64,000 bases of DNA. It comes from an uncultured bacterium. Its GTDB lineage: Bacteria > Fidelibacterota > UBA2242. The position numbers and the translations under genes were made by a program. The stretch is taken from contig CAZPQN010000003.1 in assembly GCA_964588795.1 (NCBI GenBank), positions 18,639 to 82,638 of the forward strand, given 5' to 3'. A model generated the notes under the pieces. The model worked only from the letters and a program-made list of their open reading frames with translations. It did no database searches and was not told the DNA's origin. Below are positions 9,203 through 18,728 of the stretch, in pieces. Numbering within the stretch: the stretch's first letter is position 1; each line of letters opens with the position of its first letter.

Positions 9203-10669
9203 TCACTCTGATTCTGTGAGGAGTGCATTAAATTGCTCGATCAGGACATCAATTTTCTGTGCCAAACCATGCACCTGTCGCCAATAATTTCCGGCGTCGT
9301 ACCATTGGGCATTTAATTCCTCAACATTTTTACCCTGCTGTTCCACCCAGGTAAAATACTTCAAATTGTGGATACGCTTCCGATCGTAGTAATTCAGTTC
9401 CTGCATGTGGTCGGTCCTCTGACCAAGCAGGCAGCTGTGAAAGTCACGTTCGGCTCTTGCGGATGTATACTGCCCGTTTACTTTGAGATATTCCTGCAAG
9501 CGCGACTGGTACATTTCCATGGAATCGGTTGCGACGGTCAGCACGATATCCCCGCTGGTCAATTCATAATATTTCGCAAACTTGATGGCGCTGAGCAGAT
9601 TGGCAATTCCGGAAATTCCCAGCAAATCCAATTGACCTGCGATTGCCGAATCCACGCCGGTTCGTGTCAGGTAATTCCTGCCCGCTTCGGTATTGAAAAG
9701 AGCCAGCAGTTGCATCGGATCATCATCATCAATAGCAATAGCACAGTCCGTGTTACGGATATTATGAATCCACGGCACATGTTTGTCGCCAATGCCTTCG
9801 ATCCGGTGACCACCGTACCCGTTCAAGAGCAGTGTTGGGCACTGCCAGGCTTCTGCCGCCGCGATCCGCACACCGGGAAATTTTTCCTTCAGGTAATCTC
9901 CGCAGGCGATCGTACCCGCTGATCCAGTCGTTAAAACCACACCCGCCAGGTTGTCATCCGGTCTGGCAATCTGGTGCACGACTTCCTCCATTGCCGCCCC
10001 GGTAACCTCATAATGCCAGAGATAATTCCCAAACTCATCAAACTGATTGAAAATAACCACATCCGAACGGGTCTGCCGTAACTCCCAGCATTTATCATAA
10101 ATTTCCTTCACGTTGCTCTCACACCCGGGAGTCGCAATGATTTCACCGGCCACCGATTTCAACCACTCGAAGCGCTCCTGGCTCATGCCTTCCGGTAAGA
10201 TGGCGATCGACTGGCAACCAAGTAGAGCGGAATTATAAGCCCCGCCCCGACAGTAGTTGCCCGTGGACGGCCAGACGGCTTTCTGGCTCGTTGGATCAAA
10301 TTGACCGGTGATAAGCCGCGGCACCAGACAACCAAAGGTGGCCCCGACTTTGTGAGCTCCGGTCGGGAACCATTTGCCAATCAACATAATGATGCGCGCC
10401 GCTACACCGGTCAGTGCTGTAGGCAGTTCGATATAATTCACTTTGCCAAACAGGCCGCCATTTTTCTGCGGTGCATTTTTCCAGGTGATGCGGAACAGAT
10501 TGCGTGGATTGACTTCCCAGAGACCGACATTGCGCAATTCCGCGGTAATCTGCGGAGGAATTTGCTCCGGATGTTTTTGTTCCTTAAAAGTCGGAATGAT
10601 AATGTTACGCTCGCGACACTGCCGGGCGTTGCGCCGCACCTGCTTCTCGTTAATAGTCAGATCAATCAT
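9203..10669 (-). CDS. PLP-dependent enzyme, fold type II (tryptophan synthase beta / threonine synthase-like superfamily), subfamily unresolved
   Basis: Putative PLP-lysine motif FPTGAHKVGATFG and STGNYCRGGAYNSALLGCQSIAILPE block characteristic of PALP enzymes; 488 aa. Confidence 0.6.
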   Translation of the reverse strand: MIDLTINEKQVRRNARQCRERNIIIPTFKEQKHPEQIPPQITAELRNVGLWEVNPRNLFRITWKNAPQKNGGLFGKVNYIELPTALTGVAARIIMLIGKWFPTGAHKVGATFGCLVPRLITGQFDPTSQKAVWPSTGNYCRGGAYNSALLGCQSIAILPEGMSQERFEWLKSVAGEIIATPGCESNVKEIYDKCWELRQTRSDVVIFNQFDEFGNYLWHYEVTGAAMEEVVHQIARPDDNLAGVVLTTGSAGTIACGDYLKEKFPGVRIAAAEAWQCPTLLLNGYGGHRIEGIGDKHVPWIHNIRNTDCAIAIDDDDPMQLLALFNTEAGRNYLTRTGVDSAIAGQLDLLGISGIANLLSAIKFAKYYELTSGDIVLTVATDSMEMYQSRLQEYLKVNGQYTSARAERDFHSCLLGQRTDHMQELNYYDRKRIHNLKYFTWVEQQGKNVEELNAQWYDAGNYWRQVHGLAQKIDVLIEQFNALLTESE

Positions 10670-10925
10670 GGTGTTTTCCCTTCATAAGCACTTTGGCCGC
10701 ACTGGCGGACTGGATAAATTCACGGTATAAAATAGCGCAAAGTGCAAAACATTCAAAGGGTGAGTTAAAGAAATTCACGGCTGGCAATCCGTACCCATAA
10801 TCGGGAGCGCAAAGCATTCACCAATTATTCCGGAAACCAGCGCCGGTGATACCGCCATCTTTTACTGCTGATTCAATTTCATCTCTGGATAATTTTGCTT
10901 AAGTTTCACCCTGAAATGTATACGA

Positions 10926-12167
10926 ATGTTAGCGGGAATATTGATGAAAAATAACCTGTTTAATGGCTCGCTGTTAGTCCTTGGCCTCCTCATCCCGATG
11001 TTGAGTCTTGCTCAACAAGTCAAGCCCGGTATCGAGGTTCTGCTCGAAGAGCGGCTCGACCTTATCATGAACAAGGGGGTCGGACTGATCACTAATCCGA
11101 CCGGCGTTGATTCACGTTTGGAATCTACCGTTAATCTTCTGCATCGTACGCCCGGTGTGCGACTTGTGGCATTGTTTGGTCCGGAGCACGGAGTACGTGG
11201 CGATGCCTATGCCGGAGAAAAAGTCGAAACCGTCTATGATAAAGCCACCGGTATCCCGGTCTTCAGTCTTTACGGCAAGACCCGCCAACCGACTGCCGAA
11301 ATGCTCAAAAACGTGGATGTTCTGCTCTATGACATTCAGGATATCGGCAATCGGACCTATACCTACATTTACACCATGGCCTTAGCGATGACCGCCGCAA
11401 AGGAAAAAGGCATTCCGTTTATAGTGTTAGATCGTCCCAATCCGTTAGGTGGCAAACTGGTCGAAGGCCCCATACTCGATCCACAATTCAGTTCCTTCAT
11501 CGGCCTGTATCCGATTCCTTATATCTACGGATTGACGACGGGCGAGCTGGCGCGTTACTTCAACGTCGAACTCGATATCAAATGCAATCTGACCGTCGTC
11601 CCGATGAAAGGCTGGAAGCGCACGATGTTATACACCGAAACCGGATTGGCCTGGATTCCGACCTCACCCCATATTCCGCATGCCGAGACTCCTCTGTACT
11701 GCGCCGCCACCGGTGCATTGGGCGAGCTGAATACGATCAACGTCGGCGTCGGTTATACGGCACCGTTCGAATTTGTCGGCGAAGAGTGGATCAACGCCGA
11801 TAGTTTAGCCCGCGAGTTGAACCAGCGTAAACTCCCTGGAGTTATTTTTCGCCCGCTTCATTACCGACCTTACTATGGCGATCGGCAGAAAGTAGCTTTG
11901 CATGGGGTCCAGTTGCATGTGACCGATCCAAAAAAATTCCAGCCGGTGCGCACTCAGATACATATCCTCCATGCTCTTCATAAACTTTACCCTGAGCGCG
12001 AGCTCTTTGCCACACCCAGAACGGATATGTGTGACAAGGCTTTCGGCACCGATAAAATCAGGCGGGCGATCTGGGACGGTAGGCGACCCGACGATTTAAT
12101 CGCCGCCTGGTATACCGAATTGCAAAACTTTATCACCCGTAGTAAACAATATTATTTATATCAATAG
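10926..12167 (+). CDS. secreted DUF1343 family protein (exo-beta-N-acetylmuramidase NamZ-like)
   Basis: Signal peptide; LLYDIQDIGNRTYTYIYTMALAMTAAKEKGIPFIVLDRPNP block resembles DUF1343/YbbC-NamZ core. Confidence 0.55.
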   Translation: MLAGILMKNNLFNGSLLVLGLLIPMLSLAQQVKPGIEVLLEERLDLIMNKGVGLITNPTGVDSRLESTVNLLHRTPGVRLVALFGPEHGVRGDAYAGEKVETVYDKATGIPVFSLYGKTRQPTAEMLKNVDVLLYDIQDIGNRTYTYIYTMALAMTAAKEKGIPFIVLDRPNPLGGKLVEGPILDPQFSSFIGLYPIPYIYGLTTGELARYFNVELDIKCNLTVVPMKGWKRTMLYTETGLAWIPTSPHIPHAETPLYCAATGALGELNTINVGVGYTAPFEFVGEEWINADSLARELNQRKLPGVIFRPLHYRPYYGDRQKVALHGVQLHVTDPKKFQPVRTQIHILHALHKLYPERELFATPRTDMCDKAFGTDKIRRAIWDGRRPDDLIAAWYTELQNFITRSKQYYLYQ

Positions 12168-12210
12168 GCAGACAAATCATCGTTCCGATTTTCTTAATTT
12201 TCGATTATAT

Positions 12211-12876
12211 TTGTATGAGGTGAACATGGTAGCAAAAAGTGATAAAATCTGGTTCATGATCGCAATCGGTACTGTCTGGGGACTGATGGAGACATTATTG
12301 GGTATGGCATTGCGCCAGACAAGTATTTATTTCCTGACCGGTTCGATTATGACGGGGCTGGTCGGATTTCTACTGATTTTCGGTCAGACTGTCAGCCGGC
12401 GACTCCCATACCTCGCAATTCCGCTGACGATTGTCATCATTTTCAAAGCACTTGATGCCTGGATGTTGCACCTGCCGGCTATGCACGGCTCGATCGGCAA
12501 TCCCGTTTTTGCCATGCTCCTGGAAGTATGCGCCCTGGCGGGAGTCGTCGCGGTATCAAAGCCGTATGAGAAACAGCGTTATGTATACCAAATTGGCGCC
12601 GGGGCCCTGTATGCGATTCTGGCCGTGATATTTTTCCCAATGGTTAAATACTTCACCGGCGTGCCTGCCTGCGTCGTCAGCGGTACTAGTATTCCGCTCT
12701 GCCTCTACTATGCTCCGTTGGCGATATTGATCGCTGGTGGTGCATTTCCGCTTGGTATCGCACTCGGTTTGCACACCAGCTTAAAACTGGAAAATTCCTT
12801 CCGACCTGCAATAAAATATGCGTTGCAGGGACTTAGCCTGACCGCTATTATAATCGCTGTTCTGGTCCGGCTCTGA
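12211..12876 (+). CDS. integral membrane protein, about 6 TM helices, function unknown
   Basis: Hydrophobic segments throughout, no soluble domain. Confidence 0.45.
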   Translation: MYEVNMVAKSDKIWFMIAIGTVWGLMETLLGMALRQTSIYFLTGSIMTGLVGFLLIFGQTVSRRLPYLAIPLTIVIIFKALDAWMLHLPAMHGSIGNPVFAMLLEVCALAGVVAVSKPYEKQRYVYQIGAGALYAILAVIFFPMVKYFTGVPACVVSGTSIPLCLYYAPLAILIAGGAFPLGIALGLHTSLKLENSFRPAIKYALQGLSLTAIIIAVLVRL

Positions 12877-12907
12877 ACCGGTCATTTATTCAACCATATC
12901 GCCTGAT

Positions 12908-13411
12908 TTGAAAATCATTCTGACGGGTGCGAAGGGTAGCGGGAAAAGTACCCTGGTGCGTGAACTCCTGCGTCGATCGGCATGGCCGGCGGTTGGTTTT
13001 TTTACCGAAAAAGTCAGTGCCCAGAACCGGATTGTGGGGTATAAAATTCACGAGATCGGGGGAAGGAGCCGCACTTTCGCCCACATCGCATTTAAGACTC
13101 AGGTACGCTTCGAGCAATTTGGGGTCAAACCCGCAGTATTCGACACTTTCGGCATTGAATTGCTGACTCGCTGCGCCGCTACCGGTAAGCCGTTTCTGAT
13201 TGACGAAATGGGAGTGATGGAACAAAGTGCTGGTCGGTTCTGCGACTACGCGACGGAGATATTGAATCGATCAACCTGCTGGTTGGTCGTTGTTCAGCAA
13301 CGAGCGCTGGATTTTTGGCGACCGCGTTTAGCCCCTCCTCAGGTCTTGACAGTTACGACTGCCAATCACGACGCACTGCTCCAGACTATCTCGGCGAAAA
13401 TCGAGAACTGA
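12908..13411 (+). CDS. P-loop nucleoside-triphosphatase, THEP1/NTPase_1 family
   Basis: MKIILTGAKGSGKSTLV Walker A at extreme N-terminus, FLIDEMGVME Walker-B-like, 167 aa. Confidence 0.65.
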   Translation: MKIILTGAKGSGKSTLVRELLRRSAWPAVGFFTEKVSAQNRIVGYKIHEIGGRSRTFAHIAFKTQVRFEQFGVKPAVFDTFGIELLTRCAATGKPFLIDEMGVMEQSAGRFCDYATEILNRSTCWLVVVQQRALDFWRPRLAPPQVLTVTTANHDALLQTISAKIEN

Positions 13412-13415
13412 CTAC

Positions 13416-15635
13416 TTAACTACGCAGGACGGGTGGTGTATAGCGTTTCAGTAGCAGGGCGAGTGAAATCACCGTGACCGAGCTTAAGGCCATTGCCAGT
13501 CCTCCCAGCTCCGGTCGGAAGGTGATCCCGAATAGCGGCTTGAGCAGACCAGCGGCGACCGGTATCAGCGCAATATTATAAGCAAAGGCCCAGAACAGAT
13601 TCTGCCGAATTTTTCGCATCACCTGCCGACTCAACTGCAATGCCGCGACGACGCCGCGCAGGTCTTCACGCATCAGTACAATCGCTCCACTTTCCAGCGC
13701 GACGTCGGTGCCAGAACCGATCACGATGCCGATATCCGCCTGGGCTAAGGCGGGCGCATCATTGATACCATCGCCTACAAAAGCCACTTTTACACCTTGC
13801 TTCTGCAGGTCGACGACTTTCTCCGCTTTGCGGGCAGGCATAACTTCTGCCAGTACTTCTTTGATCCCTGCCCGGGCCGCTATCGCCTGTGCCGTCTGCA
13901 TATTATCCCCGCTTATTAAAGCCACTTGGTAGCCTTCGGTCTGTAGAGCGGCAACAGCCTCCCGGGCTGTGTTTTTCAAGCGGTCTGCGATGGCAATCAG
14001 TCCTACCGTTTGATCGTCGAGAGCGACGCTAACGACGGTCCGACCTGCGTCCGAAAATTGTTGCATACGTAAGCGTAAATCTTCCGGTATCATTACTCGG
14101 CGTTCATCGCAAAAGCGTCGGTTGCCAATGACAACCGAATGACCTTCGATTATCGCACTCACCCCCTGACCGCCGGAGGCAGAAAAGTCTGTCGCTTCAG
14201 GTAATTCAATATGGCGTTCCTCCGCCATGTGGACAATTGCTTTGCCCAAGGGATGCTCTGAGTTGCGCTCCACGGCGGCGGCGTATCGAAGCAGAGCATC
14301 AGTAGATAACTGCGGACTGTAAATTTCGACAACTTCCGGCTTTCCCGTCGTCAAAGTGCCGGTTTTATCAAATATGACCGTGCCGACGCGGGAAGCTACC
14401 TCCAGCGCCGCACCATCTTTGATGAGAATTCCCAACTCAGCACCGCGCCCGACGCCAACGGTGATAACCGTCGGAGTAGCCAGTCCTAGGGCACAGGGAC
14501 AGGCGATAACCAGTACTGCAATCAGCGCCGATAGCGCGAACAAGAGCGTCTCTCCGGCAATAAAGTACCAAAACAAAAAAGTCAGGAGCGCGATCACGAG
14601 TACCACTGGAATAAAATAAGTCACCACGGCGTCAGCTAACCTCTGTATCGGAGGTTTACTGCTCTGCGCGGATTCCACGAGTCGAATAATGCTGGCCAAA
14701 ACCGTTGCCTGTCCGATTTGCTCCGCCCGTACTTGTAAAACACCGTTTTTGTTCAGCGTTCCGCCAATCACTTTGTCATTAACCTCTTTAAAAACCGGGA
14801 GCGATTCTCCGGTCAGCAAGGCTTCGTCCAACCAGCTGGAGCCGGCGACGATAGTTCCGTCAACCGGTACCTGACTGCCCGGTTTGATCAGCACAAGATC
14901 ACCGACAATAACATCGGCCACCGGAATTTCTTCGGTCTTATCGTCGCGCACAACCCAGGCGGTTTTCGGTTGCAGATCTAAAAGACGTTGCAAAGCTGCC
15001 GAAGTTTTGCCCTTCGCCCGGGCTTCCAAATAGCGCCCGAGGCTTAGAAAGGTCGCCAAGAAAATCGCCGTCTCGTAGAACATGAATTCATGCGTCAGGA
15101 CGATTTCAAAAGTGCCCAGCAGGCTGGCAAGGTATGCGACCCCGATGCCCAAAGCATACATCACGTCCATATTCAGCTGACGATGCATTAGGGCGATGCC
15201 CGCAGAACGGAATATCGGCCAACCTAAAAATATAAAAACCGGAGTGGCAATCAGTAATTGCACAAGATGCAGATTCACGCGGAGCGCGTTTCCGACCAGC
15301 ATGGCTGACATCAGCAAGGCACCGGTGACGAAACCGACAACAATCCGCCAGAATTGCTTGCGCAGACTGCGCCGTAGCATTTCAGCCCCGGCAAATTCCG
15401 GCTCGCCTTCGACTCCGATCAGCTCATACCCGGCGCCGCTGAGAGCTTTCCGTATCAGGGCAAAGTCAGGCAGGCGATTTACGGTCAACCACGCCTTTTC
15501 CGTTGCCAGATTAACTGTGGCGCTGATAACGTCCGGCACCGCGCTGAGCGTCTTCTCAACCGTCCTGACGCATGCCGCACAATGCATTCCGCCAATTTTG
15601 ACAGCGACATTTATTTTAGCCATTGGAGATTCCAT
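13416..15635 (-). CDS. copA: copper-translocating P1B-type ATPase
   Basis: N-terminal HMA domain GMHCAACV, CPC motif (ACPCALGLATP), DKTGTLT phosphorylation site, GDGINDAP. Confidence 0.9.
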   Translation of the reverse strand: MESPMAKINVAVKIGGMHCAACVRTVEKTLSAVPDVISATVNLATEKAWLTVNRLPDFALIRKALSGAGYELIGVEGEPEFAGAEMLRRSLRKQFWRIVVGFVTGALLMSAMLVGNALRVNLHLVQLLIATPVFIFLGWPIFRSAGIALMHRQLNMDVMYALGIGVAYLASLLGTFEIVLTHEFMFYETAIFLATFLSLGRYLEARAKGKTSAALQRLLDLQPKTAWVVRDDKTEEIPVADVIVGDLVLIKPGSQVPVDGTIVAGSSWLDEALLTGESLPVFKEVNDKVIGGTLNKNGVLQVRAEQIGQATVLASIIRLVESAQSSKPPIQRLADAVVTYFIPVVLVIALLTFLFWYFIAGETLLFALSALIAVLVIACPCALGLATPTVITVGVGRGAELGILIKDGAALEVASRVGTVIFDKTGTLTTGKPEVVEIYSPQLSTDALLRYAAAVERNSEHPLGKAIVHMAEERHIELPEATDFSASGGQGVSAIIEGHSVVIGNRRFCDERRVMIPEDLRLRMQQFSDAGRTVVSVALDDQTVGLIAIADRLKNTAREAVAALQTEGYQVALISGDNMQTAQAIAARAGIKEVLAEVMPARKAEKVVDLQKQGVKVAFVGDGINDAPALAQADIGIVIGSGTDVALESGAIVLMREDLRGVVAALQLSRQVMRKIRQNLFWAFAYNIALIPVAAGLLKPLFGITFRPELGGLAMALSSVTVISLALLLKRYTPPVLRS

Positions 15636-15727
15636 TTATTTTCATTTACTCGTTGGAGTCTACGTCGGGCAATAGGTTACCGGATCTTTGTTTCTGGTCA
15701 AGGAATATCAGAACCGCAACCGCTTCC

Positions 15728-18571
15728 TCACAAGGCAATTCCGGCCAAAACCAGCTCCATTCGGGTGTCGCGTTCATGTACACGGTAGGTGTAGCGTACT
15801 CCACCGGTCAAATCAACCGGCATGGTAAAAAGATTAAAATCGCACTGCAATTCAATACCGAACGCGTCGTAAAGCACAGACCGTGATCCTGTTTTCCCAG
15901 ATGCCCGGTCGCCGAACAGATTGCTCCAGATACGTTTACAATTAAACAGGGCACCCAGGGCGAAATCCGGATAAAACAGCGGAAAGGCATAATCCAACGA
16001 AGCGCGTCGGAAATGATCGTAGTAGGTATAGGCATAACCGCGAACAAACGATACCGGACTTACAAAACGATAATTGGTTGGATCCTGAATCTCGACCGCG
16101 CCTCCGATCACCAGGCTATGATGGCGCGCTAGCCCCGGGAAATAGAGATTACCCTCGCCGACTAACTGCCGACCCTGATAATCCATCTTAAACGGCGTAT
16201 GCCGCAATGTTAATTGCCCATCAATACCGGCAACCGGTCGTAAATCGCGCAGGGCTTTACTCCGATACTTCTGGTAGACGACCTGGTAATGGAACGGGCA
16301 GAAACTGCCGTCATTATTCACGTAGCTTTTAGGTTGTTCTTTTCCTTTCAGCGAGGTAATGCCAAAACCGGCGTTGAGCTCCAGCCGTCGCGAATAGACT
16401 CCGCTCGAAAGATCACAGGGAAGCCGCAGATTCAATGCCAGGTTACGCTCTGTCCAGACATCGGTCACCGTTCGCCTCCCATTATTGATCAGGGCAAATC
16501 TTCTTCCGCAACCACTGCTGACGTCAACAATCGGACGGATACCGGCATAACTGCAGGTGGCATTGACGAACAGCGCTTTCTCGCTGGCGTAATAGAGCAG
16601 GGCTGGACTGAATTGAAAGGTATTTAAAAGATCAGTAGAAAAACAACCGGCCGCTAAAAATCCCGAGACCGGAATGAAGTACCAGCTGTGAATATTGATC
16701 AGGTGGGCGCGGGGACTGTATTCTGTCGAGGGATAAATTATATCAGGTATTTTCTCCGGCATTAGCGGATTTTGCGGATTTTCTTGCTCCATAATAGGTG
16801 CAAAATAATCAATCGGACGCCGGGCAACCGTTTCCAACGCTCGCCAGTTGACCGTATCCAACGTCGTGCATTTGATGTCCAATCCTTTAACCGCGTAATC
16901 GCTGTAAACCAACTGGTTCCCTTTTACCATCGGCGAAAATGCCCCAAAACGACTGGAAATTACCTGATACCGACGACCGTTCATCAGGTCGAGGGCATAG
17001 ATATTGTCAATCCCGGAGTACGAAGAGCTGTAGAAAATATAGTCGCCTGCCTGGATAGGATTGGATACATTTTCGTCACTTTCCGGCAGGAGGTCGCGGA
17101 ACTCTCCGCTGTGACAATCGAGCCTAGTCAGTGTCTTACCATTAAATTGCTGGCGGGTCATAATTAAAAACTTCCCGTCCGGAGACCATGACGGTTCCTT
17201 AAGAAAAGAATTGGCAGGTGCCGGAAAGCGCTTGATTGTTGCCCCGGTTCGAGGATCAAGTAAAACTATCGCACAACGACGTTCCGGTGTGAATTCAATC
17301 GCGGCGATATTTTTCCCGTCTGGCGCGGGTGCCGGGGCAAAGTACCGTCCGCCGCTGGTAATTTCCTGCACACGTCCGGTCTGCAGGTCACAGACCGCGA
17401 CATCCGAGGCTATTTGACTTCCCCAAAACCTGTCGGTGTTGTAGACACTCCAGGTCGCTAACTGTCCATTGATGGCGACCCGCCCCGGTCCTGATACAAA
17501 AGTCAGGGGTTTTTCCCGCCCGTCAGCCTGAATTCGAACCAGCGTCGGAATATCGGCCATCCCGGAAATGGTGACCCAGAGTGCACCGTCCGCAGACCAT
17601 TGTGGCCAGCGGTACTGGGTCCAGACTTTTTTCGGTTTCTTATTCAGCGGCGTAACTTCTTCGAAGATCAAATTAGCCGATTGCCATTGCCAAAGAGAGT
17701 CCAGCTCATTCATCGTCGCCTGATAGATCTGGCGTGAATTTTTCCCGATAATACGCTTTGCCATCCGGCTGAAAGCAAAAGGACTGTAACTACGCTGGGC
17801 AGAGCGAGTTATGATCCGCGCCCAGGCATCAGCACCATAGCATCGCCGGACATGCGTCGTCATCAAGTATCCTAAGGTATAATGATTCGGGTAATAGTCG
17901 CGATAAGAGTTTAAGAAAGCCTTGTAATACGAATAACGGAATCCCGAAAGCTCTACCGCTCTTACGCCAATATCAAATTCCGGTAAACGGCCACGACCAC
18001 TGCGAGAGAGCGCGGTTTCGATTCCCACCGCGTCACCTTCCCAGAACCAGGCCGGAGTCTGCCAGAAACTGAGCACGCGTCCGACGTCGCCAAATAAAAA
18101 ACTCGCCAGGCGAGTGAAACCCCGCTCATGATAATCGAACTGTGCCATGTGCCGCCCTTCATGCACCGCGAGCAGGTTGTACCATTCTTCCGTGCCGGAG
18201 AAATTATCCTGCGGAGGCGTGGCAAACCACTCACTTTTCCGCGGCGCCAGACTGACATAGCCATTGGCGACGGCGCTCCGATTAGAAAGCACGACCGGCC
18301 ACCGGCGACTTTCGACTCGCAGGGTCTTGCGCAAAGGTTGATGCAAATATTCGAGAGTGTTGGCGACCCGCTGGGCTTCGGATTCGATTTCAGCCGGAAA
18401 AACTATTGCATAATGCTGAGTTTGCAGTTGACGCCAGTGAATGCCCGGCGGTGGCTGATTCGAGTCGAGCATCTGCGCGTATACCAGAGCAGAAAGATAG
18501 TGCATAGCGAAAATGGTATAGCCGATGTTCTTAAAAAAGACGTTGGCCGGCGGTTTCCAGGAATTTTTCAT
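15728..18571 (-). CDS. large secreted protein (947 aa): N-terminal HExxH zincin-like domain, central TolB/PD40-like beta-propeller repeats, beta-strand-rich C-terminal region
   Basis: Signal-like MHYLSALVYAQ; AVHEGRHMAQFDY (HExxH); repeated ...SPDGK.../...APDGKNIA... propeller-like blades; Tyr/Gly-rich C-terminus. Confidence 0.5.
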   Translation of the reverse strand: MKNSWKPPANVFFKNIGYTIFAMHYLSALVYAQMLDSNQPPPGIHWRQLQTQHYAIVFPAEIESEAQRVANTLEYLHQPLRKTLRVESRRWPVVLSNRSAVANGYVSLAPRKSEWFATPPQDNFSGTEEWYNLLAVHEGRHMAQFDYHERGFTRLASFLFGDVGRVLSFWQTPAWFWEGDAVGIETALSRSGRGRLPEFDIGVRAVELSGFRYSYYKAFLNSYRDYYPNHYTLGYLMTTHVRRCYGADAWARIITRSAQRSYSPFAFSRMAKRIIGKNSRQIYQATMNELDSLWQWQSANLIFEEVTPLNKKPKKVWTQYRWPQWSADGALWVTISGMADIPTLVRIQADGREKPLTFVSGPGRVAINGQLATWSVYNTDRFWGSQIASDVAVCDLQTGRVQEITSGGRYFAPAPAPDGKNIAAIEFTPERRCAIVLLDPRTGATIKRFPAPANSFLKEPSWSPDGKFLIMTRQQFNGKTLTRLDCHSGEFRDLLPESDENVSNPIQAGDYIFYSSSYSGIDNIYALDLMNGRRYQVISSRFGAFSPMVKGNQLVYSDYAVKGLDIKCTTLDTVNWRALETVARRPIDYFAPIMEQENPQNPLMPEKIPDIIYPSTEYSPRAHLINIHSWYFIPVSGFLAAGCFSTDLLNTFQFSPALLYYASEKALFVNATCSYAGIRPIVDVSSGCGRRFALINNGRRTVTDVWTERNLALNLRLPCDLSSGVYSRRLELNAGFGITSLKGKEQPKSYVNNDGSFCPFHYQVVYQKYRSKALRDLRPVAGIDGQLTLRHTPFKMDYQGRQLVGEGNLYFPGLARHHSLVIGGAVEIQDPTNYRFVSPVSFVRGYAYTYYDHFRRASLDYAFPLFYPDFALGALFNCKRIWSNLFGDRASGKTGSRSVLYDAFGIELQCDFNLFTMPVDLTGGVRYTYRVHERDTRMELVLAGIAL

Positions 18572-18580
18572 ATAATGATC

Positions 18581-18612
18581 GTCAAGTGCAAATTTAACAG
18601 GAGTAAATTACT
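18581..18612. promoter_or_regulatory. possible weak operator-like half sites (GTAATTTAC / AAATTTGCAC) upstream of the 947-aa gene
   Basis: Partial resemblance to the arms of the TetR palindrome GTAAATTTGACTGA; 10-40 nt upstream of the 947-aa gene start (18571), within the 157-nt gap after the OMP gene. Confidence 0.2.
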
Positions 18613-18728
18613 GGATGAACCAGGAAAATCAAAAATGGGTCGCGTACCCTCTGGTGACATCTCATGGAGATTTAACGATTTCAGCGTCCCCTGTGGTCAA
18701 TTCTGCAAAAGTGGCTCGGCGGCGGAGC

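Noticed and set aside
12890-13225. 111-aa minus-strand ORF overlapping the THEP1 NTPase
   Set aside because: The plus-strand frame has an N-terminal Walker A exactly where THEP1 proteins have it; minus ORF has no features
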